A stretch of DNA of 64,000 nucleotides from Massalongia carnosa. Its lineage: Eukaryota. How positions within the stretch are numbered: position 1 is the first letter of the stretch; the number at the start of each line of letters is the position of its first letter. Shown one piece after another: positions 35,001 to 49,265 of the stretch. The notes under the pieces were generated by a model that worked only from the letters and a program-made list of their open reading frames with translations, did not search any database and was not told the origin of the DNA. The position numbers were made by a program, and so were the translations under genes. The stretch spans positions 2,914,001 to 2,978,000 of the forward strand of contig OZ287070.1 in NCBI GenBank assembly GCA_965645245.1, given 5' to 3'.

Positions 35001-36172
35001 CGGATATGGGAGACTCACTATCGGCGGACGCTTTGTTCGAAGAGATAGAGCATTACATGGGCATTCATCTTCAGAGCCGCGACGCCAAGAAAGAGCTCCT
35101 CACCGTCATCATGAAAGGGGCGAAAGCGTCAGCGAGTATTATCACCGAATCTTCAAGCTATGGCAGAAAGCCAAAACTCCCGTTGACGAGCGAATTGAGA
35201 AGTTCCTCGTAATGTTAAAGCCTAGCATCTCCAACTCTCTTATAAGTTCAATCTTTACTCTTTACTTGACGAAGCACGAAGAATCGAAGACCGCCGCAAA
35301 GATGTGGCGCACCACTTTCCTCGTCCCGATAAACCAGCCGCAACGAAGAACCCCAGACAACGAAGCAACTTCTCCGGCGGACAATCCTCAAACGAGTCCT
35401 CCGGCAGAAAGTCCGCCTCATCCTCCATCAATCAAACCAGCTCCAAGAAATCTGATGATCGGCCGAATGCGAAGCTGATGCCAACGATAGTCAAACCGGC
35501 CAGTTGAGTAGGCACCTGGCATGATCCAGACCCAAACCCAAGGAAGCTGAAGGATGACGAGCGCGAGTCCCTCTCCTGTCAACGCCGATGCTGGGCATGC
35601 AGGGGATTAGGACATCGAGGAAACGATACCATTTGTCCTCAATACAGGAACAAGAACTTGAGCACTATGAGGACACTAGAAACAGATTCGGGAGCGGAAT
35701 CTATGGCGGGAAAAGCCTAGTCCTTGATCGAAATCGCGATCAAGGGCGTACAAACAAGGAGGTTGTTAATGGAAACGGTGACACTGAAACGAAAATGGTT
35801 AGGGTCTCTACTTGTGCTGTCCGCGATACTGAAAAGAAAATCGAGGGCAAGCATTTAGTTTTTAAGACTAGTATAGCTGGAATTAAAACCCGTTTACTTA
35901 TCGATAATGGAAGTGAAGCTGAACTCATTGACGAATCCTTTGTGCGTAAACACAAATTGTCACCTTCAAACTGGATAAGAAGGTGAAACTTACTTTGAGA
36001 AATGGAGAGATGGTACAGCTCCTCTCGAAGGCCGCTTGATCGACGTGAAAATGGGAGATCACGAAGAGCAAGTCTTATGTTATTTGGCAAAACTAGAAGC
36101 GTATGCAGTCATTTTAGGGGATGGATGGCTGCAAACGCACAACCCAATGATCAATTGGAAAGAGAGAACGAT

Positions 36173-36357
36173 TGTTGAACCTAGTGAGTTCGTGAATAGA
36201 GGTGAATTATTGATAATATGAATGTCTAGAAGGAAAGCTCTATCTCAGTAGCTAATATTACATTATGTGCGGCGAGCTAGCCCACACTAGGCCTAATAAG
36301 GCCATTCTATCCCCTTGGGCCCTGAGCCACCACCTAAGATCATCACTTAGGTTCACA
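36173..36357. mobile_element. Solo LTR (185 bp) inserted in A' pol
   Basis: TGTTGAACCTA...TAGGTTCACA ends, TSD ACGAT; absent from the intact A copies. Confidence 0.85.
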
Positions 36358-37847
36358 ACGATGAAGTTCAACTCATCAGATTGTCTTGAAAAAGGATGTC
36401 TTATACGAGGGATAACTTGTATCGAATTCGCTGTGGGAAGCATGGTTAAGAATAGGATCGAGCCTAAGGAAGACATCGAAATTCTTCCAGTCAACGCAAA
36501 ACACTTCTTTCGAATGGCCGGAAAGAAGGATCACGACGGCTATCTATGGATTCCTCGAGAAACAAAGAAGGCCTTCTGCGCAACTACCACCGGAGCAGTG
36601 ATATCAGGAGATTACGACAAGTTCATGAAGGGAAAACCGGAATACACCCGAGAGGAGTTGTTGAAGAGAGTCCCAGCAGCTTATCACAACGTAATAGATG
36701 TTTTCATGAAGCACAAGGCAGATGAACTGCCTGAACATCGGAAGGGAGATCATCAGATAAACCTCGAGGCAGGAAAAGAAGCTCCGTACGTAAGGAACTT
36801 TAAACCCATGTCAGAACAAGAATTGGAAGCGGTTAAGAAATACATTGACGAGCATCTGGGAAAGGGCTTCATCTGTCCTAGTTCTTCAAGCGCAGCAGCC
36901 CCGTTCTTCTAGTTAGAAAACCAGGGGGTGGTCTAAGATTCTGCGGGAATTATAGAGCCTTGAACTCCATCACGATCAAGAACAGATATCCAATACCGTT
37001 GATAAATGAAATATTGGGAAAACTATCACAGGCCAAGAAGTTCACGAAACTCGATGTGATTACAGCGTTCAATCGTATGAGAATGAAAGAAGGTCACGAG
37101 TGGCTCACGGCTTTCAATACTAGATATGGTCAGTCGAATATCTGGTGATGCCATTCGGCCTTTGCAACGCTCCAGGAACTTTTCAAACTTTCATCAACGA
37201 CACAGTCAGAGAATACTTAGACGTTTTCTGCACGGCGTATTTGGACGACGTCCTAATTTACAGTGAAAACGAAGAAGAGCATTCCGAACAGGTGCTAAAA
37301 GTCCTAACTCGATTGAAAGACAAAGGACTGCAAGTGGACATAGACAAATGCGAATTCTCTGTGACGGAGGTAAAGTATCTTGGATTGATAGTCACCACCG
37401 ATGGAATAAAAATGGACTCGTAGAAAGTCGAGGCTATTCTGAAATGGGAGATCCCAGGCTCCGTAAAAGACGTGCAAGCATTTTTAGGCTTTGCGAATTT
37501 TAATCGACGATTTATATCGAGATTTTCGCAACGGACGAGATCGTTAACAGAGTTAACAAAGGGCGAACAAATAATGACGAAATCAGGAAAGAAACGAACC
37601 AAGTATAATTCGTTCGTCTAGTCTGAACATTGTCAAAAGGTCTTCGAAGATTTAAAAAGGGAATCAATACCGGGACACCCCTTTTCACTACCTTGACACC
37701 CCATTTCACTACATTAACACCCCCCAAGTAAGCTAACCAAATCGGGCTGTTTATCCGTTCCGGAGCTGCAACTTCGAAAATTTCTGCACTCATATCTGTA
37801 TGCATTCCATTCGTCATTGCATGCACATTAACCAATCAGCTATCAAT

Positions 37848-39954
37848 ATGAATCTTGCCCCTCCCACCCACATGCTGAACGAAACATATGGATCGCTCAA
37901 TCTTCTTCTTGTCGCCATGCAAAAACACGCAGGCCCTGAGGGGTATGCGGTCTGCCAGCTTCGCACCAAAAAGTGTGCGACCACTGGATTGATAGACACA
38001 TGTTATATTTGTTGCGACCGAGGACGAATGGACCGTCAGCCTCGAGGACAGAAACGCTTACATGGAACCTCCAGGACCATTGACTGTCCTTTCTCTGTAG
38101 TGGTCAAGTCTAAAGACGATGAATGGATAGTTCGCGATATTCGAAATCCAGGCCACAATCACTCTGCTACAGTGGAAGGCTCTCATCCATCGCTCAGAAA
38201 ACTTGCTATCACCCCAGCTATAGCTGATGAAATTGTGCGCGCAACGAAGGTGCAAATGAAACCGAGTCAAATCCTTTCGTCTCATCGGCTCGGTCAGACT
38301 GACGATATAAATGACAATAATCCTCTTTTCAAACGACAAGATATTTACAATGCGAAGGCGGAAATTCGACACAAGGCACTAGGACGACTGACTCCCATTC
38401 AGGCGTTGATGCAGGAGTTAATTCGGCCTCATTGGTATGTACGGAGAAGATGCAATTTTTTACATACTAAATCGCAGTAGGAATTCGTTTTATCTCAAAG
38501 ACAATCTCGATCGCATAACACATCTTTATTTCAGCAAAGATTCCTGTCAAAGCACCCTGATGACCAACCCCGACGTGTTAATCATGGACTGCACCTATAA
38601 AACCAACAGATACAAATTACCATTGATATCAACAATGGGAACAACGGCCCTAAACACCTCATTTTATGTGGGGTTTGCCTTTCTTCGTCAGGAACCTAAA
38701 GAGGACTATGTTTGGTTTCTTCAACAATTAAAAACCCTTTATCGAATGCTGAATATTTCCTATCCAAAGGTAGTAGTCACCGATCGAGACATTGGCCTCA
38801 TGGCCGCTATTTACAGTGTGTTTCCTGACACACGTCATTTGTTATGCTTGTGGCATATTCACAGGAATGTTCAGGAGCATTGGAAACCTGTTTTTAGACA
38901 TAGTGCTCATTCCGACGATGACTGGATGGCCTTCGAAAGCATGTGGCATGCGGTGGTTTATTCAAAGACTGAAGAGGAATATGAGGTCAATTGGGACGCT
39001 CTGAATGATGCTTATTCACATGATCATTCAGCGGAAGTGCAGTATCTGGTAGACACATGGCTAGCCCCATATAAACGAAAATTCGTCAAGGCATTCGTCG
39101 ACAAAGTTCTTCATTTCGACAATATTGCTACCCCTAGGATGGAGGGGGGCCATGCTGTCTTGAAACATCAGTTGGGATTTTCTACCGGTGATCTCAAAAC
39201 GGTGGTTGACAACATTGATTTGTTACTAAAGAATCAGCAACAAGAGTACGTGATAAAACTGGATGAGGCTAAAATGCGCTTTCCTACCTGACTACGAAGA
39301 CCTCTTTACAGCGATGTAAGGGCTTATATCACGCCTTTTGCATTGTTGAAGGTGCATAGTCAGTACGAACGTCTTTTGGATCAAACGACCCCTCTCTCAT
39401 TATGCACCGGGGCATTTCGAGCAACAATGGGCTACCATATGCTCATGAAATCCAGGAAAGTTGATAAACTGAAGGAAATAGCCCTGAAAACGTACTAATT
39501 CTATTGCAATTAGGTTCGACTTTCTGGCCCGGCCCCCAATGTGCTTCAGCGCGACGACATTCACATTAAATGGTGGTTTCAGCGCCCCCTTGATCGGGCT
39601 TATTATCGCCACGAATCACCACCTCCAAGTGTCATCGATCCTTTGCTATTGGTGCGCGACCCCGAGGTAGTAGCCCGACCCCGAGGGCGTCCGTCAATCG
39701 CGATGCGTTTACAATCGGTAAGAGCTCAACGGGAGGCTGATAACTCTACCCAACGGGAGTTATCAGGGTTCGAACATGTCGAGGAGGTGTTGAATGGGCC
39801 TCCGAGGCGAGGGTGGGGGCGAGGGCGGGGTCGAGGACGAGGGCGAGGGCGAGGGCGAGGGCGAGGACGGGGCAGAGGGCAGTCACAAGGTGAAGGGGTG
39901 GCCTCCGGTGAAGCTATTCAATCGATTGAAGTAGATGGAGTGGGTTTGCTCTAG
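37848..39954 (+). pseudogene. MULE-1 transposase (intron-containing, premature stop at 39289..39291)
   Basis: FAR1-like N-terminus (CDRG...CPF...HNH), MDCTYKTNRY, VTDRD, LLCLWH, RMEGGH; RG-repeat tail. Confidence 0.85.
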
Positions 39955-39999
39955 GCCTTTCAAATGTAAACACGAAATGAAGCCCAATTCAATGAAATA

Positions 40000-42614
40000 G
40001 GGAACGGATAACAGGACACCACTTTGGTTAGATAAACACCACCTCCGGTTAGATAAACACCACCTCCGGTTAGGTAAACACCGCTAGCCCAGGTAGGGTA
40101 GATTCCTCGGTCCCGCCCGCCTTCTTCCCATTTTAGGTCTAGCAGTCCACATCCCAACATTGACACCTCAAGAAAAAATTCAATTCAGCTTTCAACCATC
40201 GATTGCTAGACATTGGATTTGTCGATTGGCACTGTCTTCATGAATCTCACCCTTTATTTGAAGCTTAGTAATGCAAAGCAGTTGATTGGAGCCGCATTCG
40301 CTGCATCCCCGCCAATTCCATCTGCTGCATCCCCGCCAATCCCGTCTCCCCTTCCTCGACTAGCTCTGCCTCGACTAGCCCTAGCCCTAGCTCGGCCAGT
40401 CCTTATGTTTGTCTCAGCTCTTTCACCAATCCCCCCTCCCCCTCCTCTCCCTCCCCCTCGTCCTCGCCCTCGCCCTCGCCCCCGACGTCCTACCCTGCCT
40501 GGTGTAGTATTGGCTCGATGAATAGCTCGTTCCACCTCCGGAGCTATTGCATCAGCTGTTTCCATTTCAACCTGTTCGAATTGAGATGGTAATCGATGAG
40601 TGGAATTGTCAAATGCCTCCGCTCGTCTGTTTTCCGCTCCCTGAGGGCGACCACGAGGTCGGGCTATCTCCGGTTCCCTCACTAGAAGAAGAGGATTAAT
40701 CAAAGCAATCGGAGGGGCGCGCTTTTCCAACCTTGAACTGTTGTTAGTAGCTGATCGCTGACCATCGATCAGATGACAATAACCTACTTCCAATGCGGGT
40801 GCACATCTTCCAATTTCAGACTTCCTTCATTCTCGAATAATCGTTGCTGAATCAGATGACTACAAGGCAAGCCGGTGATGGTAGTGAAGACGTTGGTACA
40901 AGCTGGAATAACAGTCGGTCTTCCTGTTAATAACTCGTATTGGTGTAGAATCTTTTTCAGGGCATAGGGACTGATAAATGCTCTCAGTTGCTGAAAGATA
41001 ACTTTGCGAAGATGAAGTGGAAAACGTGTTCTGGCTTCTTCAAAAGCAATCAGATGATCATGATACTGATTTGTTAGTAGCAGATTAATGCCGTCAACTA
41101 CCAGCTTCAAATCTCCGGTCGATGATCCTAATTGCCGTTTTAATACTGCATGTGCGCCTTCCCCTCGCGACGTTACCGTTGTCTCAAAATGCAGCACCTT
41201 GTTGGTGTAGCATGCCACGAAGCGATCGCGATGATTATCAATGTAGGTGGACTTCAAATATCGAATACAATCTTCATGAGAAGTCATATAGGTAGCAGAA
41301 AACTGCTCCCATAGCTTCCAAAATTGAGGCTCGGTTGCTGCATAGATCACTGATTTCCAATCTGACAAAAAGATCTTCCATTCCTCATTGTCGAAAGATT
41401 TTTTGCACTTTGTCAACACATTCTGATTGATGTGCCAGATGCATAGCAAATGATTGATATTTGGAAAGACTATGGAAGATGCCAACATTAATCCTTTCTC
41501 CATGTCGGACACGAGAATAATCGAATCAGGAAGTTCCAATCGAGAATACACCTCCTTCAATTGCTGTAAAGCCCAGATGTAGTCCTCTGCTGTCTCCGTG
41601 ATCAGAAAGCAAAAGGCGACATAAAAGGTAGTATGTAGCGCGGTTTGTCCGCTGATGACGAGAAGAGGCATTTTGTATCGATTGGTCTTGTACGTGCAAT
41701 CCATAATGAGAACTTCATGATTATCTATCAGAAGAGTTTGGGAACTGCCCTTGATGAAGAAGAGATGCGTAATCTGCTGATGAATGTCTTGTTGAAAGTT
41801 GTACACCCAATCCTTTTCGTCAAACTCACGAATCAATGCCTGAATAGGAGTCAATGGTCCCAAGACATCACGGCTCATCTGCGCCTTTAAGTTGTAGATG
41901 TCCCGAGGTTTAAACATCGGATTCACAATGATCTCGGCATTGGGATCATGAGGACTGAGATCTTTCACATCGGGAACACGCAGACTAGACAAAACCTTTG
42001 ACGCCGACGTTTGTAGTGTTAACTGTCTGGTAACGTCATCCTTTACACCGGTCAGAGCGATTTTTCTCAAGGCAGGATGAGAGCCAGCAAGACTGGACGG
42101 ATGTTTGTGTGTCCCATTTACCACCTCCAAAAACCACACCTCGTCGTCCATTTTGGCTGTCAGGGCAAATGGACAAGCAATTAGTCGACTGCTGGTGTGC
42201 CGACGATCCTGACCCTGCGGTTCTCTGACTTTTCCACCTCGGTCGCATTTTAACCAAGCTTTATTTCTCACTCCCAGCTTGGTTTTCTTGGTTCGAAGAA
42301 GCACCACGGCGTAGCCTTCGGGGGCGGCATGCTCATTGACTCTAAGCAACAGGTCTTCTAGTGATGCAAAGGATTGACTATCTTCGGGAGGTCGAAGCGG
42401 CATGACGACGTGGCGGCGGCAAGGTGCCTGCAGATCAAATGTGAAATATGAGTGCAAGGATGAGGTGCAGGTAGAATGTGGGAGTTTCAACCGCTAGACC
42501 TAAAAGGGGAAGAGGCGGGCGGGGCCGAGGAATCTACCCTACCTGGGCTAGCGGTGTTTACCTAACCGGAGGTGGTGTTTATCTAACCAAAGTGGTGTCC
42601 TGTTATCCGTTCCC
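40000..42614 (-). mobile_element. Mutator-like DNA transposon MULE-2, nested in MULE-1
   Basis: TIRs ~40000..40143 and ~42493..42614 starting GGGAACGGATAACAGGACACC; 8-bp TSD ATGAAATA. Confidence 0.95.
40254..42403 (-). CDS. MULE-2 transposase, apparently intact; predicted intron ~40738..40787
   Basis: MDCTYKTNRY, VSDME, LLCIWH, RGEGAH, CT..TGLPCSH SWIM-like motif; intron GTAGGT...TACTAAC...CAG joins exon 2 in frame. Confidence 0.88.
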
Positions 42615-45336
42615 ATGAAATAATCATCGAGAAAGCATCAAACGACTGTCTAAAACACATCTGAATTCATCAAATCGAGCATGTTTTCTCCAGTTATTTC
42701 TGCGCTTGAGGGAAATTTATACCCGATTTGGTTAGCTTACTTGGGGGTGTTAATGTAGTGAAATGGGGTGTCAAGGTAGTGAAAAGGGGTGTCCCGGTAT
42801 TGATTCCCTTTAAAAATTGCGTTCACCACCGCTCCCGTCTTAGCAGATTACGATCCGGCCCTGGAAACATGGGTCGAGACTGACTCTTCAGATTTCATCA
42901 GCGCCGGAGTACTCTCTCAAATGCACGATGGAGTACTGAAACTGGTAGCCTATTTTTATCCAAGAAGATGACCCCTGCCGTGCGTAATTATATGATTTAT
43001 GATAAGGAACTCCTCGCTATTGTAAAGAGCTTCGAAGTCTGGCGCCCCGAGGTTGCAAGTGCTGCTCCTGATAAACCTGTCAAAGTATACACCGATCGCA
43101 AGAACTTAGAGCATTTCATGACCACGAAGCAGCTGAACAGAAGACAAGCCAGATGGGCCGAATTTCTCTCCGAATTTAATTTCAAGATAATGTATCGACC
43201 GGGGAAGCAAGGAGAGAAACTGGACACGCTGACCCGACGCTCTCAAGATCTCCCGAAGGGATTCGAAGATATCAGAGAACAGCATCAATTTCAAAAGTTG
43301 TTGTAGGAGCATCAATTAGATGACGATATACGTAAAGCGTTCATAGTTGTGTTCTACGCGAACACAGCAGGCGACGACGATCACGATAACGATCAAGACG
43401 ATCGAAGCGAAATCACTGAGGAAGACGCAACGGAATCAGAAGAACCTAATGCAGAACATATATCAGAGACCGATGAGACCGAGAACCCGATAACGAAGAC
43501 TTTGAAGGAACTAATCGAAGAAGCTTACGAAAGAGATGAAACGGTACAAGACATAATAGTGGCAAAGAAAAAGGAACTGAGAAAACTCCCATTGAACCTC
43601 ATCAAAAGAAGACTGAAGTTAGCAATGGGGGACCACAGAATAGAAAACGACAAGTTGTATGTCAAAGGAAGACTATACGTACCAAATCACGAGACACTGC
43701 GGCTACATTTACTGCAAAAGCACCACGAACCACCATTACAGGGCCATCCAGGATACAAGAGTATGTATCAAACAATAAGAGAAAATTACTTCTGGTTCGA
43801 AATGAAAGAGCATTGCAAGAGATACGCAGTGAACTGTTCCGTCGAAGATCAAATGCATACAACGACAAAAAGCAAGGTCTCTTGAACCCTCTTCCGATCC
43901 CGAACAGAAAATGGATGGACGTATCGTTGGACTTCGTTGAATTTCTACCAGAATGCCGAAGACGAAACAGAGTCTATCAACACATATTAGTGATAGTAGA
44001 TCGTTTAACGAAAAGACGATTATACGAACCACTAACCTCTCTCTCCACTGACGAACTGATGGACGCAATGTCTAGAAGATTATTCTCCTCCTACGGATTT
44101 CCTATATCAACAGTCAACGCTCGCGGTAGTCAACTAACCGCTCACCTTTTGGAAAAGAGTTTGCGAAAGATACGGTGTTAAAATAAAGTTCTCTTCCGCA
44201 CATCACCCCGAAACAGACGGACAAACCGAAAACGCCAACAAGGTAATGAAGAACTACCTTCGAGCATACGTAAGTTATACACAAGACAATTGGGTGGATT
44301 ATCCCTCGGACGCCGAGTTTGCCGCCAACAATCATGTAAACGTATCAACGGGAATGACTCCATTCATCGCAGACCATGGCTTTCACCCACGCTGTGGCAT
44401 TGAACCACCAGGCACATACGAAGGAAAAGGAAAAGCTGAGATACTGCATGCTGACAAAATGATAGAACGGCAAGAAGCCATGCGAACCTGGCTCCGAGAT
44501 CAATTAGCCTGGGCTCAGGAAGAACAAACACGACACGCAAACAAAGGCCGTCAACCTCACCCCGAATACAAAATCGGGGACATGGTTTATGTGAACGCCA
44601 AGCACTTTGCTTCAGAAAGACCCAGTAGATCATTAAGCTTCAAGAACGTAGGACCATGGAAGATAATAAGAATTATCAAAAATAAAGCATACGAATTAGA
44701 GATCCGGGATCAGTTAAAGAACGTCGGGCTTACTCCCATTTTTCTTCTGTGGAAGCTACATCTCGCACCTTCCAACCCATTCCCAGGACAAGTCTTACCG
44801 TCTGGACAGCCCATAGCCATAACCGAAAACGATGAAGAGGAGGCCCACAAAGAATGAGAAGTCCTCGAAATAATTGACTGCCGCGAAACAAGAAAGTTCG
44901 GCGTGCAGTACAAAGCAACCTTCATTGAAATTGGGATGAATAGAACGCGAACCCTTACTGGCACCCATAGACGGACTTCAAGAATTCAAAGGATAAAATC
45001 CTCCAATACCATCGAGAACATCCACAGAAACCCAAACCATCGGATGATCTAACAAAAATAGACGATAATCAAGAATCAGGCTAGCTGGCAGGGCGCCTGC
45101 CACTTAGCGCTTCGGAGACCTCGCCAATAGAAGGGGGGGATAGTGTCAGGATCCTAGCCTGACATAAGGCTGAGATGGAAAGGGGGATCACGGGAGCACG
45201 CGAGGCTAGCGCGACACTCGATGCAGATATTCCTAGCGAGTCGCGCACAATGATTCTTTTCTTCATTGTAGATAAATTTTGGTTTAATAGCGGTTGATTA
45301 GAATCGACGACAGCTTCCTTACAATCTTGAACGTGT

Positions 45337-46748
45337 TGTCAGGCCTTGCCATAGAGACTACGGAGAAGGATACGGAAAAGGGGCATCAGCATGGATGTAA
45401 TGGGCTACGAGACCAGTAAGCTTATCACGAGCGACACTGATCTCGAAAGGGGAAATGCTCAGCGTGAGAGGTGGAAGATAGCTACTACGTGCTAGTCTCC
45501 GAGAGTATATGTGATCCAAAGAACTAATGGATGTGGAAGTGCTTAGACCAAGAGATCTCGTCCGAGACCCAAACGTAGGTTGTTCATAGAATAAAGACTA
45601 ATTGCTAACGAATACTACAAGATTCGTTCTGATATTTATCCTACTCACCCCAAGCCTATAGCCTTGGGAGCCTTGGAACCTTAGGAGCCTTGCAAGCCTT
45701 GGGAGTCTTGCGAGCATTACAGCCTTGCAATCCACATCCGACTTTATCGCATTACATCCAACCATCCCTCAGGATCCATCCACGAACTCGGCGTTCGCTG
45801 GATCATCTAGTCAGCCTCGAGCAGCCTTCTAGACCTTCCCTTGCAAGGTAGAACAATTCTACCCCCGGCTAGATCCCTCACTACATGCCTCAGGCTATGT
45901 AGCTTCATTTCGCCGTCACCACTACCTAGTGATGGAAGGTTACCTCCGACTGAATACCTCGCTACACTGCGGACCTGCCTCTAGACACAAGGTCTAGACA
46001 ACGAGGTCATGTAGGTTCATTCAGCCGACATCACTACCAACGTAGTAATAAAGGTTGAAGCTGAAGTTTACACCAGGGAGCCTAGCTCAAGCTGCGTCCA
46101 GCGAGCCGTGCCTCCTGCTACCTCTCTTGAACCATCAAGAGATCCAGTAGCTCCGAGTAGGCCAGTAGATCGCATATAGAGTTCCTTGGCGTCTCCACAG
46201 GAGTCCGCCTTACACTCCATGGCAATCTACCACCACGGCCTCGACAGGTGTTTGATCTGTAAGTAGTCAAGAACGTGATAACAATAACTCCGAAGTTTCG
46301 GGGCAAGATGGCAGTGTGTCAGCCTCGACGGCTTATGCGACTTCGTACTACGGCATGGTCCACGCTAGTTAATCCCGCAACCGCCATAGGCGATCACGTA
46401 TCCCTCTAGCGCCATCCGTATTACAATGGACTCGGCCGCCGAACCCGGCCCGACCCTAATGGGCTGATTCCGCTGTCGGCCACATGCCGTCTCAGGGGGA
46501 CGGCTGGCGAGGGGGACGGCTGGAAACCCATGTCGGATGGCACTAACCGCCCAAAGGGGCCGGGAGCCATTTGGACCAATCAGATAGCTGGGGGCTATCC
46601 GATAAGGGAGTCTTAGGGGGAGACACGTCTGTAGAATAAAGAGGTCGATGCCCACCTTATTCTAAGGGCATAGATCAATAACATACATTATTGAGACCCC
46701 CCCTTCACGTGACCAACACGCCCTCTGAGTAGAAGCATACGTCTTACA
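45337..46748 (+). mobile_element. Solo LTR of family D, interrupted by solo LTR F1
   Basis: Reverse-complement match to 12654..13030; TSD CGTGT. Confidence 0.92.
45396..46425. mobile_element. Solo LTR F1 (1030 bp)
   Basis: TGTAAT...ATTACA ends, TSD ATGGA; second copy inverted at 50836..51855. Confidence 0.9.
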
Positions 46749-47080
46749 CGTGTCAAAATCGTTCGCTATTCCTAATTTACGATATCATAACATTGATACA
46801 GAAATACGCGACTGTTCGATCCAACAATGAAGATTGTGATTTATTATACAGTCGACTGCAAAAGGTTGGTCGCGACCCTGAATTTGGGACCACACATCAA
46901 ATATTTATGCGAAAATGGCAAAATGCCGGCAAAAATCTGAAAACTACCCTCACCGCCTACATGCCAATGAAATCGTACTACTGGTCAGTATTGAAGCAAT
47001 TTGTAGATTAGTATATGTAGATGCCATTCCCCGTCTTTTTTCCCTCCCCCCTCTGCCATTCCCCATTTTTTATCTCAGAT

Positions 47081-49250
47081 ATGAAAATTCGTGAACCGAG
47101 AGCAAAAAGATCAAATTCCGACCCCCCCCCGGCTGGAAAAGAGCCTTTCAAAGGTAAGAGAATCAAACTGACTTTGGTCGGGCCAAGAGCCAGAGCCATT
47201 GTCGCCGCCGGCATCGATGAAGCCTCTCCGGAATCGACGTCGGCCCCTCCCAAGCCAAAGCCTCCCCTCAAGTCAAAGCCCCCCTTCAAGCCAAAGGCCC
47301 CCCTCAAGCCAAAGGCCCCTCCTAAGCCAAAGGTCCCTCCCAAGCCAAAGGCCCCTCCCAAGTCAAAGGTCCAGCCTCAGCAGTCAAAGACTTTCGAATC
47401 GAATTATTATAGTCCCCTTGTCATTACGGAGGATTCCTCCGACGACTGGACGGATGAAGACGAGAAGCAGAGGTGGCAGGGTCAGTGGAGAAAGGGGGAA
47501 CGCGATGAAAACTGTAGATGCCGAAGATGATGCCGAAGATGATGCCGAAGATAATTCCGAAGATGATGCCGAAGATGATGTCGAAGATCTCAATGTGCCT
47601 AGTAACTGGATTGTCAGTAAGAAGTCTAGAAAACCAAGAAGAAAGGAACCCTCCCGTTTATCCCCTTCGCCACTGCCTCCGACGGTAATCAAATATCTAC
47701 TAAATGTGAAGATGTCGTATGAGAAGCACGTCGTTTTCGAGACGGTGATTCCATACGAAGACAATTCAACTACGTCGAAAAGATTCTTTTTGAGAAGCTA
47801 CACCGGGGACATGAGTTTGAAAGCCGAGACGTATGCGAATTCTAAAATGTATGCTTGTCATTTGGTTGATATCAAAGCGACCGTGTTATGGAATGGAATC
47901 AAACCGCATGAAAAATCAGCTCTCATGTTGATCGAATCCTGGCAGCCCATTGAGGAGGTTCTAATTCATTTAGAAGACAGCAGCATTCGAAAGAAAAGCT
48001 TCGCGGTTGATCTTATTTTCAACTTCAGTCGTACCAAAGATGGCGTCATTCCTCCCGATGATCCTATTGCTGCTGCCACAGCTGTCGCCACCAAGAAATT
48101 GGGAACCGCGACCATGAAGCTGCAAAAAGAGATGGAGGAACGAGCCATGTTGCAAGGCATGACGGCCGAAAGAATGTCCGAATTGCAAAGTCTGCATCTC
48201 TGTGAAAAACGCGCATGTAGGAATTTCGGACAGTACTGTTGGAATGATGAGACGAAGAATCAGCATTATCCTCTCAACAGTGCTCATTTCGTGACCTGGA
48301 ATAAAGCACTAGATGATGGAATTTCAGGCGTTGATTCTCGAACACCTCCACCGAAGATCAGAGAGAATTTATTCTCCCTGAATAAAGGTAAGAAAAAGAC
48401 TGAAACCTCGTCTCAGGAAATGCCCTTTGGAGGTGGGCATTCCATTTATCAACATCCCATGTATCAACACCACTCGTACCAAAACCCCCACTCGACATTT
48501 CCCCCCTCGTCATTGGCATTCCCCTCGACATTTCCCTCGGCATTCCCCTCGGCATTTCCTCACTCGGCATTTCCCCCCTCGGCATTTTATCCTTCTCAGT
48601 ATGCTCCTTCTACATTACCTGACTCGAGACGAGCCCGTGAGGAAACGCCGTTGGATTGGAGAGATTCGAGATCATCCAGAAGCAGTCGAAGCGTGAGTCG
48701 ATTTCTCCCTCTCCCCTCCGTCGCCCGCAGCAGTCCAGTGGAAGAAGATCTGGAAGACTATGTCAGTTGGCTCGTTCAAATGAAGCCTCATTTGAAAGGA
48801 GTGCTCACCAACGCCTGCGATCGATTGATGGAAGGTGGGTACGATCTGATGACCGTTCAATCCTTGAAAGGCATCGAGCATCAGACGTTCTGGCAGGAAC
48901 TAGGAATTCCTCCGGGAATCGGGATTCAACTGGCGCGAGACGTCAGTAAATTTGGAAGAGAAATGTCTCGGCAAATGCCTTTGCAAATGCCTTTGCAAAT
49001 GTCTCGACAAATGTCTCGACAGATATCTCAGCAAATGCCCCCGCCTCCCCCTCGGCGTCAACGCCATTTACCGACATCGCAAATGGCCACTCAGGCGGTC
49101 ACTCAGGCAGTCACTCGGGTGGATAAGGGGATGGAGGATGGGGAGGTGGACGGGGGCGGGGAGGTAGGATCTGGAGTGAGAGATACAATTGAGGAAGATG
49201 AGACGCATAGTCTAGAATACGATTATGCCGAAGATGAGGATGAGGATTAG
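47081..49250 (+). CDS. Uncharacterised cargo protein of the Tc1 element (frame change near 47480..47520: short intron or frameshift)
   Basis: Pro/Lys hexapeptide repeats, acidic DDAE repeats, C-x4-C-x-N-x4-CW-x7-H motif, Pro/Ser/Phe-rich region, SAM-like WQELGIPPGIGIQL segment. Confidence 0.7.
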
Positions 49251-49265
49251 ATACTATGTATCTAA

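Larger units (their letters stand above)
37659..42808 (+). mobile_element. Mutator-like DNA transposon MULE-1, inserted in A' pol
   Basis: ~88-bp TIRs starting GGGAATCAATACCGGGACACCCC, 8-bp TSD TTTAAAAA. Confidence 0.95.
33726..45323 (+). mobile_element. Decayed older relative of gypsy A (A'), with many stops and frameshifts and three nested insertions
   Basis: Truncated 5' LTR 33726..33881, 3' LTR 45144..45323, gag/pol fragments colinear with element A. Confidence 0.95.

Noticed and set aside
47021..47080. Shared N-terminus MPFPVFFPS of ORFs 47021..47530 and 49777..50358
   Set aside because: Translation of the TIR itself; downstream ATGs at 47081 and 50310 are more plausible starts
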